Shown: piece after piece, positions 9,190 through 19,301 of the stretch
How positions within the stretch are numbered: the stretch's first letter is position 1
How the letters are laid out: each line of letters starts with the position of its first letter
Assembly (NCBI GenBank): GCA_902620425.1
Contig: CACNHX010000001.1
Coordinates: forward strand, 414,903-478,902
Source of the DNA: an uncultured Alphaproteobacteria bacterium
GTDB taxonomy: Bacteria > Pseudomonadota > Alphaproteobacteria > HIMB59 > GCA-002718135
Direction: 5' to 3'
Length of the DNA: 64,000 bases
The notes under the pieces: generated by a model
Databases searched by the model: none
What the model was told of the DNA's origin: nothing
What the model saw: only the letters and a program-made list of their open reading frames with translations
Position numbers and translations under genes: made by a program

Positions 9190-10170
9190 TTAATCCTTTG
9201 CCTTGTTTTGACCAATTCGTGTCGCTCTTCTACTTATATAAGTATTAAACACTACAGCTATGATAATTAAAGAACCTAACCCTGCTCTAAACCATTCAGC
9301 ATCTATTCTAGCCATAATGATACCACTTTCTAAAAACCTGATTAGTATTGCGCCAATAACGGCACCAAAAACTGTTCCGATACCTCCAAATAAACTGACA
9401 CCACCAATAACTGCTGCAGCAATTGACTCTAGTTCTAATAAGTATCCTTGAGATGGTAATGGTGCTTCCAATCTAAATGTTTGAATCATTCCAGCAAAGC
9501 CAGCTAAGAAACCACATAAGATGAAACAAAACATTTTAACGTTTCCAGTTTTTATTCCCATTGAAGATGCAGCGTTTTGATCTCCGCCAGTTGCATAGAT
9601 CCAGTTACCAACATTACTTCTGTGAAGCATAACACCTAAAACAACGGCAACTAAAAGAGCCCAGTACAAGGACGCTCTAAATAACTCAAATTGATAAACG
9701 AATAACTCATTTGGTAAAATATGAGGAAATGGTGGTGGAAATCCTGCAGTAGCAACAGTTGTAAGACTTCTAGCAATATAGAGCATTCCAAGAGTTGCGA
9801 TGAAAGAAGGAATACCAAATCTTAAGGTAATAAATCCATTAACAAAACCAACAATGATACCAATCATTAATCCTAGAAAAATAGCGAACCAAGGTGGTAT
9901 CCCTTGATGCACCATTTGTACAATAGTCATCGGGACTAATGCAAAAACAGAGCCTACAGATAAATCAAATTCACCTGAGATCATTAATATTGCAATCCCA
10001 ATAGCAACAATAATATATTCGGGTGTAATACCCATAACTATTCTTATATTTCTTGCATCTAAAAATCTTTCATTAGCAATATAAAATCCAATCATTATTG
10101 CTAGAAACATTAAGAAGGTTGCTACTTCTGGTCTTACTAATAAACTTCTAAGACTAAAATTTTTACTCAT
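9190..10170 (-). CDS. Sugar ABC transporter (CUT2) permease
   Basis: RbsC-like: GEFDLSVGS, IPSFIATLG, LESIAAAVIGGVSLFGG. Confidence 0.92.
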   Translation of the reverse strand: MSKNFSLRSLLVRPEVATFLMFLAIMIGFYIANERFLDARNIRIVMGITPEYIIVAIGIAILMISGEFDLSVGSVFALVPMTIVQMVHQGIPPWFAIFLGLMIGIIVGFVNGFITLRFGIPSFIATLGMLYIARSLTTVATAGFPPPFPHILPNELFVYQFELFRASLYWALLVAVVLGVMLHRSNVGNWIYATGGDQNAASSMGIKTGNVKMFCFILCGFLAGFAGMIQTFRLEAPLPSQGYLLELESIAAAVIGGVSLFGGIGTVFGAVIGAILIRFLESGIIMARIDAEWFRAGLGSLIIIAVVFNTYISRRATRIGQNKAKD

Positions 10171-10184
10171 ATTTTTTTTATTTT

Positions 10185-10218
10185 AAAAAAAACCAGGCTC
10201 TATTTAAAGAGCCTGGTT
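10185..10218 (-). terminator. Intrinsic terminator-like hairpin downstream of SBP gene
   Basis: 11-bp stem AACCAGGCTCT/AGAGCCTGGTT (10191-10218) with a T tract on the minus strand. Confidence 0.8.
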
Positions 10219-10225
10219 AAGATAT

Positions 10226-11191
10226 TTATCTAACTGACATTCCTTTGAATGATCTGATTGTTTCAACATCATCAGGACCAATCATAGCTTTACCAGTGTT
10301 GATATCTAGTGCACTTAAACCATACTTGTTCATTAAGTATAATTGGTGAACTGACATGTAACCTTGGTAGTATGGTTGTTGGTCAACTGTTAGTTGAACA
10401 TAACCTTTGTCCATTTCTTCGAAAACTACGTCAACTAAGTCAAAACCAGCAAGAAGTATTTCACCAGGTCCGTAACCTAAGTTTCTTACTGCTGCAGCTG
10501 CACCAGCTTCCCAGAAACCTACATCAAGATATGCAGTTGTATTTGGGTTAGCTTGAACATAAGCTGCCACTCTGTTTCCAACAGTTGAAAGATCTAGACC
10601 TGACTCGATTTTCTCATAAGTTACTTTTCTATCAGGGTTTGCTGCTTTGTAATCTTCCATGAAACGTGCAATACCGTTTCCTCTAGTGTATGCCCATGAT
10701 TGGTTCATATCTGCAACACCGATTAGAACGTGAATATCTCCATCAGGAAACATTTCAGAAAGATTAGCTGTTAATTCATAACCAGCTGCTTCTAAGTCTT
10801 GTCCAACATATGCTAGTCTGTTACTACCAGCAGCACCTTCTGGATCATCAGTATTAGCTGTAATTACTGGAATACCAGCAGCTAATGCTTCATCAACTGC
10901 AGCATCAAAGATAGTTGGGTTAGTAATTGTTGTTACGATACCATCAACACCTTGAGCTATTGAAGACTCTAAGTTTTGTAATTGCTCTTGTTGGTCTCCA
11001 TCACCTGAAAGAGTTAACATTTGGCAATCAGCATTAATTTGTGCACAAGCATCTTTAAAACCTTTGTGAACAGCTGCCCAGAAAGCATTGTTCGTATCAC
11101 TGTGCATTACGAAGTTAAATTTGTATTCTGCCTTCGCTGAAGTAGCAAAAAGCGCTACAGAGGCAAGAATAATTGAAGCAATTTTTTTCAT
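10226..11191 (-). CDS. Sugar ABC transporter (CUT2) periplasmic binding protein
   Basis: Sec signal peptide, RbsB/LacI-type fold motifs (FWAAVHKG, AGFDL, TVDQQPYYQGY), AGGAGG SD. Strand verified as minus (CAT at 11189-11191); the track label is wrong. Confidence 0.9.
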   Translation of the reverse strand: MKKIASIILASVALFATSAKAEYKFNFVMHSDTNNAFWAAVHKGFKDACAQINADCQMLTLSGDGDQQEQLQNLESSIAQGVDGIVTTITNPTIFDAAVDEALAAGIPVITANTDDPEGAAGSNRLAYVGQDLEAAGYELTANLSEMFPDGDIHVLIGVADMNQSWAYTRGNGIARFMEDYKAANPDRKVTYEKIESGLDLSTVGNRVAAYVQANPNTTAYLDVGFWEAGAAAAVRNLGYGPGEILLAGFDLVDVVFEEMDKGYVQLTVDQQPYYQGYMSVHQLYLMNKYGLSALDINTGKAMIGPDDVETIRSFKGMSVR

Positions 11192-11302
11192 GCATTCCTC
11201 CTATAAATAATATTTTCCTAGCAAGAATGGGTATGTAAAACAAGGAGAAATATTGGGAATTAGGCTGTAAAATTATCGCACTAATCAATAGCTAAGCAAA
11301 AT

Positions 11303-12454
11303 TTATATTTTTTTTAGGATTTGCCTTATGAAATCGTCATGCATGGGTTCAGGCTTCACACACGAAGAACGGAGCTCTACTTCCACTTTATAAATTGAAG
11401 AAATCATAGCACATTCAATTACATCTAAAACGTGAAGAGCAAGTTCTCCATTACACCTATGCATTCTATTATTTTCGATGGCGTCAATCATTTCAGCTAA
11501 CCCAATACCCCTGTAGTTTGCTTGTTCAGGCGCTTCATTACTTCTTCCACTATGGTTAACAATATTTGTTTTTCCAAGGGGTTTATCTTCGACGCTAATA
11601 TCTTTCCATTCAGATCCAAACTCACCAGATATGGAAACTGGACCACCAAACATATTTGGATCAGGAACTACTATTGAACCTTTCGTTCCATAAAGCTCCA
11701 TATGATTACGTTTATGATTTAAAACATCAAATGAAATGAAGCCTTGAATAATAGCTTTATTTTGAAACTCAATATTAAACATATAAGAAGTTGGAATTTC
11801 AACATTAAAAGTTTCTCCTTTTTTTGGACCAGCTTTGTATTCTCTTTTATCAGAAAATTTGGCTCCTCTTCCTCTTATATTTTTTACAGGACCTAGAAGA
11901 TTAACAAGTGTTGTGAAAAAATATGGACCCATGTCTATTACAGGTCCTCCTCCTTCTTGAAACCAAGACTCAGGACTTGGATGAAAATCTTGAACACCAG
12001 GAAAAGCAAAAATAAAATTACCGGTTAAAACTTGTCCAATATCATTGTTGTCAATTAAATTTCGTGTAAGTTGACCTCCTCCTCCTAAAAAAGTATCTGG
12101 TGCATTACCAATATAGAGACTATTTTTTTTTGCTAAATTTAATAATTCTTTTGCTTCATCAAACTTAACACTCATTGGTTTTTCGCAATAAACATGTTTG
12201 TTTGCCTCAAGAGCTCTTTTAGATATTTCATAATGAGCTTGGGGAATTGTGAGATTAAGAATGATGTCTACATTCTTGTCATTAAGTATTTCATCAACTG
12301 ATAAAGGAATAATATTATATTGATCAGCTGTTTTTTTAGCAGCATCTAAATTAATATCAGCACAAGCAACAAAATTTATATTATTAAAATATTCCTGAGC
12401 CCGGAAGTAGGTCTCTGCAATATTACCGCAACCAATCAGTCCAATATTTTTCAT
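11303..12454 (-). CDS. Gfo/Idh/MocA-family NAD(P)-dependent oxidoreductase
   Basis: GLIGCGNIA Rossmann motif, HVYCEKP, GGGPVIDMGPY. Strand verified as minus. Confidence 0.9.
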   Translation of the reverse strand: MKNIGLIGCGNIAETYFRAQEYFNNINFVACADINLDAAKKTADQYNIIPLSVDEILNDKNVDIILNLTIPQAHYEISKRALEANKHVYCEKPMSVKFDEAKELLNLAKKNSLYIGNAPDTFLGGGGQLTRNLIDNNDIGQVLTGNFIFAFPGVQDFHPSPESWFQEGGGPVIDMGPYFFTTLVNLLGPVKNIRGRGAKFSDKREYKAGPKKGETFNVEIPTSYMFNIEFQNKAIIQGFISFDVLNHKRNHMELYGTKGSIVVPDPNMFGGPVSISGEFGSEWKDISVEDKPLGKTNIVNHSGRSNEAPEQANYRGIGLAEMIDAIENNRMHRCNGELALHVLDVIECAMISSIYKVEVELRSSCVKPEPMHDDFIRQILKKI

Positions 12455-12493
12455 AATTTGTTTCTATAAATCAATTGTAAAAAATGGAATAGT

Positions 12494-12526
12494 AAAAAAA
12501 AAGGCCGTAAAAAATTACGGCCTTTT
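12494..12526 (-). terminator. Intrinsic terminator-like hairpin downstream of SBP gene
   Basis: 12-bp stem AAAAGGCCGTAA/TTACGGCCTTTT (12499-12526) with a T9 tract on the minus strand. Confidence 0.8.
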
Positions 12527-12546
12527 AAAAATAATTTTGCTTAGAC

Positions 12547-13464
12547 TTACATAAAGTCTGCAGCGTTTTCTTTAGTAACTAATACAGTTCCAGTATCAAT
12601 GTTATCTGGAATGCTCTCACCATTAGCTAATTTAAGTGCATTTTCTACACCCATGTATCCCATGTTGTATGAGAATTGAGCAATAGTTGCTGACATTTCA
12701 CCAGCCATTACACTTGCAGCAGCATCAGGGTTAGCATCAAATCCAACAACGACAACATCATCTAGCATATCAGCATTTTTTAATGCTTGGATAGCACCTA
12801 GACCCATATTATCGTTAGAAGCAAAGATTGCTTTTAGATTTGGGTTACCAGTGATGATATCTTCAGTTACTGACATACCTTGTGCAGTATCCCAATTAGC
12901 TGGAAGTTCAGCAACAATGTTCATGCCACATGCTTCAAGACCTTTGTGTGATCCTTCAGCTCTGTGTTGACCAGTAGTTTGTGTGATCATTCCTTGAAGG
13001 ATTGCAACATCAGAACCACTTGGAACATTATCACAAATGTATTGAGCAGCTAAAGCAGCACCATTGATATTGTTTGTACCAATGAAAGTTACACCTTCAT
13101 TAATTCCATTAGTATCAATGTATACAACTGGAACACCTGAAGCCATTGCATCATCAAGAATTGGTGCAACTGCGTTAGGGTCAGTTGGTGCAATCGCTAT
13201 ACCGTCTACACCTTTAGCAATTTGGTCTTCAATTTGTGCTACCTGAGCCATAACATCACTCTCTTGTGGTGGTGAAAGGATAATAAGGTTTACACCTAAT
13301 TCTTCAGCAGCATCTTTAGCACCAGCTTCAACTGAAGCCCAAAAAGGGTTTCCAGCACCTGGTCCTTTAGTACTTAGCATAATTGTTTTTGCATGTGAGC
13401 CTGCTAAAAGACTACCTGAAAAAAACAATACAGAAGTAGTAATTATAGAAATAAAAAATTTCAT
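12547..13464 (-). CDS. Sugar ABC transporter (CUT2) periplasmic binding protein, RbsB-like
   Basis: Signal peptide, NPFW, IGTNN, AIFASNDNMGLGA, VVGFDA, ATIAQ. Strand verified as minus. Confidence 0.92.
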   Translation of the reverse strand: MKFFISIITTSVLFFSGSLLAGSHAKTIMLSTKGPGAGNPFWASVEAGAKDAAEELGVNLIILSPPQESDVMAQVAQIEDQIAKGVDGIAIAPTDPNAVAPILDDAMASGVPVVYIDTNGINEGVTFIGTNNINGAALAAQYICDNVPSGSDVAILQGMITQTTGQHRAEGSHKGLEACGMNIVAELPANWDTAQGMSVTEDIITGNPNLKAIFASNDNMGLGAIQALKNADMLDDVVVVGFDANPDAAASVMAGEMSATIAQFSYNMGYMGVENALKLANGESIPDNIDTGTVLVTKENAADFM

Positions 13465-13553
13465 TTTTCCTCCTAAAATTTTTTTTTAATCATTAATCAA
13501 AAATGAAATTCTAATCAAGTGACTGTTTGTCAGAAAGTGATTATTTTTTGATA

Positions 13554-14561
13554 TTATGTTCTGGTTGCAAGTTGTCTTCTTAGAACATCAATATAAACAG
13601 CCAAAATAATAATTGACCCAATAAGAACTTGTTGCCAAAAAACACTGACATTCATTAGATTTAGACCATTTCGGAGTATACCCATAATCATGACTCCAGC
13701 AAATACACCTAAAACAGTTCCTCTACCCCCAAAGAAGCTTGCTCCACCTATAATTACCGCTGCAATCGCATCTAGTTCAGATTGTAAACCGGCATTTGGA
13801 TAAGCGGAATTTGTTCTTCCAGCTAAAATTAAACCTCCAATACCAGCCAAGAAACCACAAAGGGTGTAAACTACGATTAAAATACGATCGACATTTATAC
13901 CTGCTGCCCTAGCTGCTCCTGGGTTGCCTCCAATCGCATAAATCCATTTACCTATTCTTGTATGATTTAAAAATATCCAAAAGATAAAGAATATAACAAT
14001 CATTAAAATTAAACTTGTGGGTATATACTCTCTAGCGCCTTCTCCAAAAATTACATCTAGTTTAATTTTACCATTTCCGATAACTCTAATCTGTTCAGCA
14101 AAACCTGTTATTGGCACACCTCCAGAAATAAGGTTTCCAATTCCTCTAAATATATACAGCGTGCCCAATGTCATAATGAATGGATGAGGCATGCGAAGTA
14201 AGGTAATGCCAATACCATTAAACATACCACACAAAAATCCAATTGCTGGCGCAACTAACATGACAACGTACCAAGGCATTCCTGCCTTCGAAGCAATAGC
14301 GAGTCCCATTAATGATAACATAATAATTGAACCGACTGATAGATCTATACCTGCAGTTACAATGACCATAAAGACACCAAGTGCTAACATAGACTGCCAA
14401 GAAACTTGTTTAAAAATATTTGTTACATTTCTCCATGATAAAAAAACATCAGGTTGCAACAAATGCAAAACAGCAATCATTATTAGGATAAGTAATAAGA
14501 TTCCATATCTTTCAAAAAAAGGAATAAGTCTGACAAATAAAGATTCTTGACTCTTATCCAT
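13554..14561 (-). CDS. Sugar ABC transporter (CUT2) permease
   Basis: AGIDLSVGS, PFIMTLG, YAIGGNPGAARAAGI, ELDAIAAVIIGGASFFGG. Start refined to ATG 14561, which overlaps the upstream TAA. Confidence 0.92.
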   Translation of the reverse strand: MDKSQESLFVRLIPFFERYGILLLILIMIAVLHLLQPDVFLSWRNVTNIFKQVSWQSMLALGVFMVIVTAGIDLSVGSIIMLSLMGLAIASKAGMPWYVVMLVAPAIGFLCGMFNGIGITLLRMPHPFIMTLGTLYIFRGIGNLISGGVPITGFAEQIRVIGNGKIKLDVIFGEGAREYIPTSLILMIVIFFIFWIFLNHTRIGKWIYAIGGNPGAARAAGINVDRILIVVYTLCGFLAGIGGLILAGRTNSAYPNAGLQSELDAIAAVIIGGASFFGGRGTVLGVFAGVMIMGILRNGLNLMNVSVFWQQVLIGSIIILAVYIDVLRRQLATRT

Positions 14562-15307
14562 TAATCTTTTTTCCCCATGATCCATCCAATCACTTCGTCT
14601 CTTGAAGTGTTTTTTAATTCTGATTCAGCGAAGTTTGTTCCTTGAAAAAGTGCCATTACGCGATCACAAACAGTAAAAATATCATCCATTCGGTGACTAA
14701 TTACTATTACACTAACACCTAACTTTTTAAGATTTAAAATTAAATCTAAAACTTTCCCAACTTCCTTAACAGCAAGTGCAGCTGTCGGTTCATCCATCAA
14801 TACAATTTTTGCATTAAAAGCTGTAGCTCTAGCAATTGCAACTGCTTGTCTTTGTCCACCTGATAATTCTTCAACCTTTTGATCAGCACTTTTTACATTT
14901 ATTTTTAGTTTTGCAAGATGCTCTTCGGTTAACTGTTTTCTTTTTTTATGATCTAAAAAATTAAAAGGGCCGACTTTTCTTGTTGGCTCTCTTCCTAAAA
15001 AAATATTATCACCGATAGGGAGATTCCCAGCTAGCGCTAAATCTTGATAAACCATTTCTAAGCCCAAATTTTGTGAGTCTCTGGGACTATTTAAAGTTAC
15101 TTTTTCCTTATCAAAAAAAAGTGAACCTTCACTTGGCTTGTATAATCCTGATAAAACTTTCATTAATGTAGATTTCCCAGCACCGTTATCGCCGACGACA
15201 CCAAGAACTTCACCTTTATTTAAATGAAGATCTACATTTTGAAGAGCTGTGATAGTACCAAAAAATTTTGAAACTGATTTAGCTTCCAGTACTAAATTAT
15301 CTGACAT
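14561..15307 (-). CDS. Sugar ABC transporter (CUT2) ATP-binding protein
   Basis: GDNGAGKST, LSGGQRQ, LMDEPTAAL. Confidence 0.93.
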   Translation of the reverse strand: MSDNLVLEAKSVSKFFGTITALQNVDLHLNKGEVLGVVGDNGAGKSTLMKVLSGLYKPSEGSLFFDKEKVTLNSPRDSQNLGLEMVYQDLALAGNLPIGDNIFLGREPTRKVGPFNFLDHKKRKQLTEEHLAKLKINVKSADQKVEELSGGQRQAVAIARATAFNAKIVLMDEPTAALAVKEVGKVLDLILNLKKLGVSVIVISHRMDDIFTVCDRVMALFQGTNFAESELKNTSRDEVIGWIMGKKD

Positions 15308-15328
15308 AAGTGTGTTTTTAAATAAATT

Positions 15329-16357
15329 TTAATTAATATCAACTGGTTTTGATCGTAAATATTTAACAGTTTCTCTCTCAGCTTTTTTACATAATTTAGG
15401 AGGCAGGCCTTTTGAAATAAGTTTTAAATCTTGAATTACTAATTCACCCATCTCTTTAAATGCACTGTTTAATGCGCCAGCCCTATGCGGAGAAAAAATT
15501 ACATTTTTGAGTTTTCTTAATTTATGATTTTTAGGAAATGGTTCTTTTGGAAAAACATCAATGGCAGCAAACACATTTCTATTTTTTAAAAAATTAAAAA
15601 AATCATCAAAATTTATTATGGCTGCTCTACTCATTAAGACAAACACTGATCCATCTTTTATTAATTTAAGTTTAGAGCTATTAATCATAGATTCATTAGA
15701 GGAAGTAATGGATGCAAGTACATAAATGATGTCAGCATTTTTGAGTAATGAATTTAAACTGGTTGGCTTAACATCCAATTTTTCAATTTCTTTATTGGGA
15801 ATCCAAGGATCATAGGCAATGATATTGTTAGAGAATGCTTTTAGTATAGGAGTAAGTGATTTGGCTAAATCTCCAAAACCAATTAAACCGAATGTTTTAT
15901 TTTTTAATAAAAAATTATTCTGACTAATTGCACCACCATATTTTTCTTTTTTTAAAATAAAGTCTGAGTGAGCAATATGGATACTTCTGGCTATAGATAA
16001 AGTAAGGCCCATTGCCATTTCAGCAACAGGTTGAGCAAACACAGGCGATGTTGCTAAAACGTGTATTCCATTTCTAAAACAATAATCATAATCCATATTG
16101 TCCATAAAATTACTCTCTACATTAAATATTGCTTTAAGTTTTGCAGATTTAGAAATTAAAGATGAAGGTAAATTGGGTTGCCCAAATATATAATCTGCCT
16201 TTGGTAGATTTTTTTCATAAAAATTATTTTTATTTTTTTTAGGAGCAGTAATGAGTTTAAAATTTTTTTTTAAGTATATTAAATTTTCTTTAGAAAAAAG
16301 TAGATCCATTGTTCTTGGATATGGATCTATTAAAATTATAGGCTTGTTTTGACTCAT
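15329..16357 (-). CDS. D-isomer-specific 2-hydroxyacid dehydrogenase family protein
   Basis: GLIGFGDLA, AYDPW, LMSRAAII, AIDVFPKEP, FSPHRAG catalytic motif. Confidence 0.85.
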   Translation of the reverse strand: MSQNKPIILIDPYPRTMDLLFSKENLIYLKKNFKLITAPKKNKNNFYEKNLPKADYIFGQPNLPSSLISKSAKLKAIFNVESNFMDNMDYDYCFRNGIHVLATSPVFAQPVAEMAMGLTLSIARSIHIAHSDFILKKEKYGGAISQNNFLLKNKTFGLIGFGDLAKSLTPILKAFSNNIIAYDPWIPNKEIEKLDVKPTSLNSLLKNADIIYVLASITSSNESMINSSKLKLIKDGSVFVLMSRAAIINFDDFFNFLKNRNVFAAIDVFPKEPFPKNHKLRKLKNVIFSPHRAGALNSAFKEMGELVIQDLKLISKGLPPKLCKKAERETVKYLRSKPVDIN

Positions 16358-16391
16358 ACAATTTTTAAACTTTAGAAAAATAAATTTATTT

Positions 16392-18236
16392 TTATACGCC
16401 TTTACGTTGTTTATTTTTTCCTTCTAAAAATTCATTAAGAGCTGATTTCTTACCTTCGGTATTATCTACTTGAAGTGTTGGGCTTTCCCAAAAAGCTGTT
16501 CCTTCTAACCATTCATATCCATCTGTTTTCATAGAAATTACGTATGTTTTGTCTGATTCTTTTGCTCTTTTAAAAGCTGCCTCCAACTCTGAAATAGATT
16601 TAACAGTCTCACCGTTTGCCCCCATACTTTTTGCGTGAGCTTCAAAATCTACAAACTGTACATTTGTCGCTCTTGCAGCATTCAGATTGCAAAGATATTC
16701 ATTTCCACCTTTTGCTAGTTGCAATCTATTAATAACCATGTGACCACCATTATCACAAACAACTATAATTAATTTTTTATCATATAAAACTGAACTGTAG
16801 ATGTCGCTATTTTGTAAAAGGTATGAACCATCACCTACAAATACAATTACATCTTGTTCAGGTTTTGCCATTTTGATTCCGAGTGCACCTGATATTTCAT
16901 AACTCATGCAACTAAATCCCCATTCAGTTTCAAAAGTATTTAGTTCTTTAGGTTTCCATATTTGAACTACTTCACCTACTAATCCTCCAGCTGCGGTTAC
17001 AACAATATCTGATGAGTCTGAGTTTCTATAGACTGCACCTACAGCATGAGCATAGGATGGTAATTCTTGATTTGTTGGTCCACTTTCTTTGGCAACATAT
17101 TCATCCCATTTATTTCTTTCCTCAATTGAACGCTGGTACCAATTATCTGGTGCTTTCCAATCTCCTAATGCCTTTGATAATTCTTGAAGTCCAATTTTTG
17201 CATCGCTTACAACAGGAGTAGCGCGATGTTTTGTAGTATCAAATCGTGAAGTATTTATTGATACAAGTTGAAAATTTTCGTTTTCAAAATTAGTCCAAGA
17301 GCCAGTTGTAAAGTCTCCTAACTTTGTTCCCACAGCTAGTGCTAAATCTGTATCAGTAGCAAGATTATTAGATGAGCCTTCCCCTAAGCATCCAATTGCA
17401 CTTATGTAATAAGGATCATCTTTATTCATACAACCAATACCCATCACAGTTGCTGTTACAGGAATATTATGTTTTTTTGCAAAAGCGGAAATCTCCTCTT
17501 CTGCTTCTGAATATAAAACACCTCCGCCTGAAATAATAATTGGTTGTTTAGATTGTTTTAATTTATCAGCTGCCTTTTGTATTTGATTTGGATCAGGATG
17601 AATTCTTCTAATTTCATGAATTTTTTCTTCAAAAAAGATTTCAGGATAATCATACGCTTCTCCTTGAACATCTTGAGACATAGAAATTACTGCTGGGCCA
17701 CAGTCTGCAGGATCAAGCATTACATTAATTGCCTGAGGTAAAGATGTTAAAATTTGTTCAGGTCTAGTAATTCGATCAAAATATCTTGATACAGATTTAA
17801 ATGAATCATTTTGAGTTTCTGAGGGAGAATTAAAATGTTCAACTTGTTGTAAAACAGGATCTGGAAAACGACTAGAAAATGTATCACCTGGTAAAAGTAA
17901 AATTGGAAGTCTATTACTTAAAGCAACTGCAGCAGCTGTAACCATATTAGTAGAACCAGGTCCTACAGATGAAGTTGCAACAAATATTTGTTGTCTTCTT
18001 TTGGCACGAGCATATGCAATACCTGTTAGTGCCATATTTTGTTCATGATGACCTCTGTATCCAGGAAGTTCATTTTGATATTCTTCCATCGCTTGTCCGA
18101 TACAAGCAACATTACCATGGCCATAAATACCAAAAGCACCTGGAAATAGTGGTTCTTTTTTTCCATTAATTAAAATTTTTTGCATAGTTAAATATTTAAT
18201 TAATGCATGTGAACATGACATTCTAACTGTTTTCAT
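16392..18236 (-). CDS. iolD: 3D-(3,5/4)-trihydroxycyclohexane-1,2-dione hydrolase (ThDP-dependent)
   Basis: GIYGHGNV, HHEQNMA, SSVGPGSTNMVT, RFPDPVLQQVE, EWGFSCMSYE, GDGSYL ThDP motif. Start refined to ATG 18236. Confidence 0.88.
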   Translation of the reverse strand: MKTVRMSCSHALIKYLTMQKILINGKKEPLFPGAFGIYGHGNVACIGQAMEEYQNELPGYRGHHEQNMALTGIAYARAKRRQQIFVATSSVGPGSTNMVTAAAVALSNRLPILLLPGDTFSSRFPDPVLQQVEHFNSPSETQNDSFKSVSRYFDRITRPEQILTSLPQAINVMLDPADCGPAVISMSQDVQGEAYDYPEIFFEEKIHEIRRIHPDPNQIQKAADKLKQSKQPIIISGGGVLYSEAEEEISAFAKKHNIPVTATVMGIGCMNKDDPYYISAIGCLGEGSSNNLATDTDLALAVGTKLGDFTTGSWTNFENENFQLVSINTSRFDTTKHRATPVVSDAKIGLQELSKALGDWKAPDNWYQRSIEERNKWDEYVAKESGPTNQELPSYAHAVGAVYRNSDSSDIVVTAAGGLVGEVVQIWKPKELNTFETEWGFSCMSYEISGALGIKMAKPEQDVIVFVGDGSYLLQNSDIYSSVLYDKKLIIVVCDNGGHMVINRLQLAKGGNEYLCNLNAARATNVQFVDFEAHAKSMGANGETVKSISELEAAFKRAKESDKTYVISMKTDGYEWLEGTAFWESPTLQVDNTEGKKSALNEFLEGKNKQRKGV

Positions 18237-18335
18237 GTGTTCCTTTCCCAAAAAAAATAGATACTATTATAATAAAAAAATAATTTAAAGAGTTAAACAA
18301 TTTATTTTTCTAATATTTTAGAATATAAATTATTC

Positions 18336-19301
18336 ATGAAAGTTGGGGTTGTTGGTGAAATTCATCCAAGTGGATATGAGATATTTGATAAAAATAATAT
18401 TGAGTACTTTGTCACTAATAATATTGATGAAGATCATCTAATAGAAAAATTACGAGATGTGGATGGTATTGTTGTTAGAACGGCAGAACTAAATAAAAAT
18501 ATTCTCTCAAAAGCAAAGAACCTAAAAATTGTTGCAAGACACGGTGTTGGCTATGACAATGTGGATACTGATTATTTAAATAATAATAAGATAGCTATGG
18601 CCATTACTGGAACAGCAAATGCGACCAGCGTAGCTGAACATGTAATGACAATGATGCTTTGTTTAACAAAAAATATTTTTGAATCAGATAGATTAGTGAA
18701 ATTAGGTAAATTTCAAGAAAAGGGCAATCTACCCAACTACTTTGAACTCTATAATAAAAACATTTTAATTCTTGGTTTTGGTCGAATAGGAAAAGCTTTA
18801 GCAAAAAGATGTAGTGGGTTTGAAATGGAAGTTTATGTACATGATCCATTTATTTCGGATGAAGAAATAAAAAATCATAAATGTATTCCAATCAATAAAG
18901 AAGAAGGCTTAAAAATTGCTGATTATATAAGTATCCATTTACCTTTAAATGAAGAAACTAAAAATATGATTTCTTTTGATCAGTTTGAAACCTTTAAATC
19001 TAATTTGATTTTAATTAATACCGCAAGAGGTGGTATAATTAATGAAGATGCCTTATATGACGCTTTAAAAAATAAAAAAATTTTTGGAGCTGGTGTTGAT
19101 GTATTTGAAAAAGAGCCGCCAACAGAAAATCATAAACTATTTTCTTTAAGCAATACTTTGTTGACGCCACATAATGCTGCTTTAACTCTAGAATGCAGAA
19201 AAAGGATGTCTGTAGAGTCTTGTGAAAATGTTTTTGATTTTTTAACTAAAAGTAAAAATTTAAATAAAAATAATATTATAAATCTTAAGATTATAAGTTA
19301 G
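18336..19301 (+). CDS. D-3-phosphoglycerate dehydrogenase-like 2-hydroxyacid dehydrogenase (no ACT domain)
   Basis: RHGVGYDNVD, GFGRIG, INTARGGII, DVFEKEP, LTPHNA. Confidence 0.85.
   Translation: MKVGVVGEIHPSGYEIFDKNNIEYFVTNNIDEDHLIEKLRDVDGIVVRTAELNKNILSKAKNLKIVARHGVGYDNVDTDYLNNNKIAMAITGTANATSVAEHVMTMMLCLTKNIFESDRLVKLGKFQEKGNLPNYFELYNKNILILGFGRIGKALAKRCSGFEMEVYVHDPFISDEEIKNHKCIPINKEEGLKIADYISIHLPLNEETKNMISFDQFETFKSNLILINTARGGIINEDALYDALKNKKIFGAGVDVFEKEPPTENHKLFSLSNTLLTPHNAALTLECRKRMSVESCENVFDFLTKSKNLNKNNIINLKIIS

Noticed and set aside
18336-19301. Naming this gene serA
   Set aside because: No ACT domain and located in a catabolic cluster; family-level call only.
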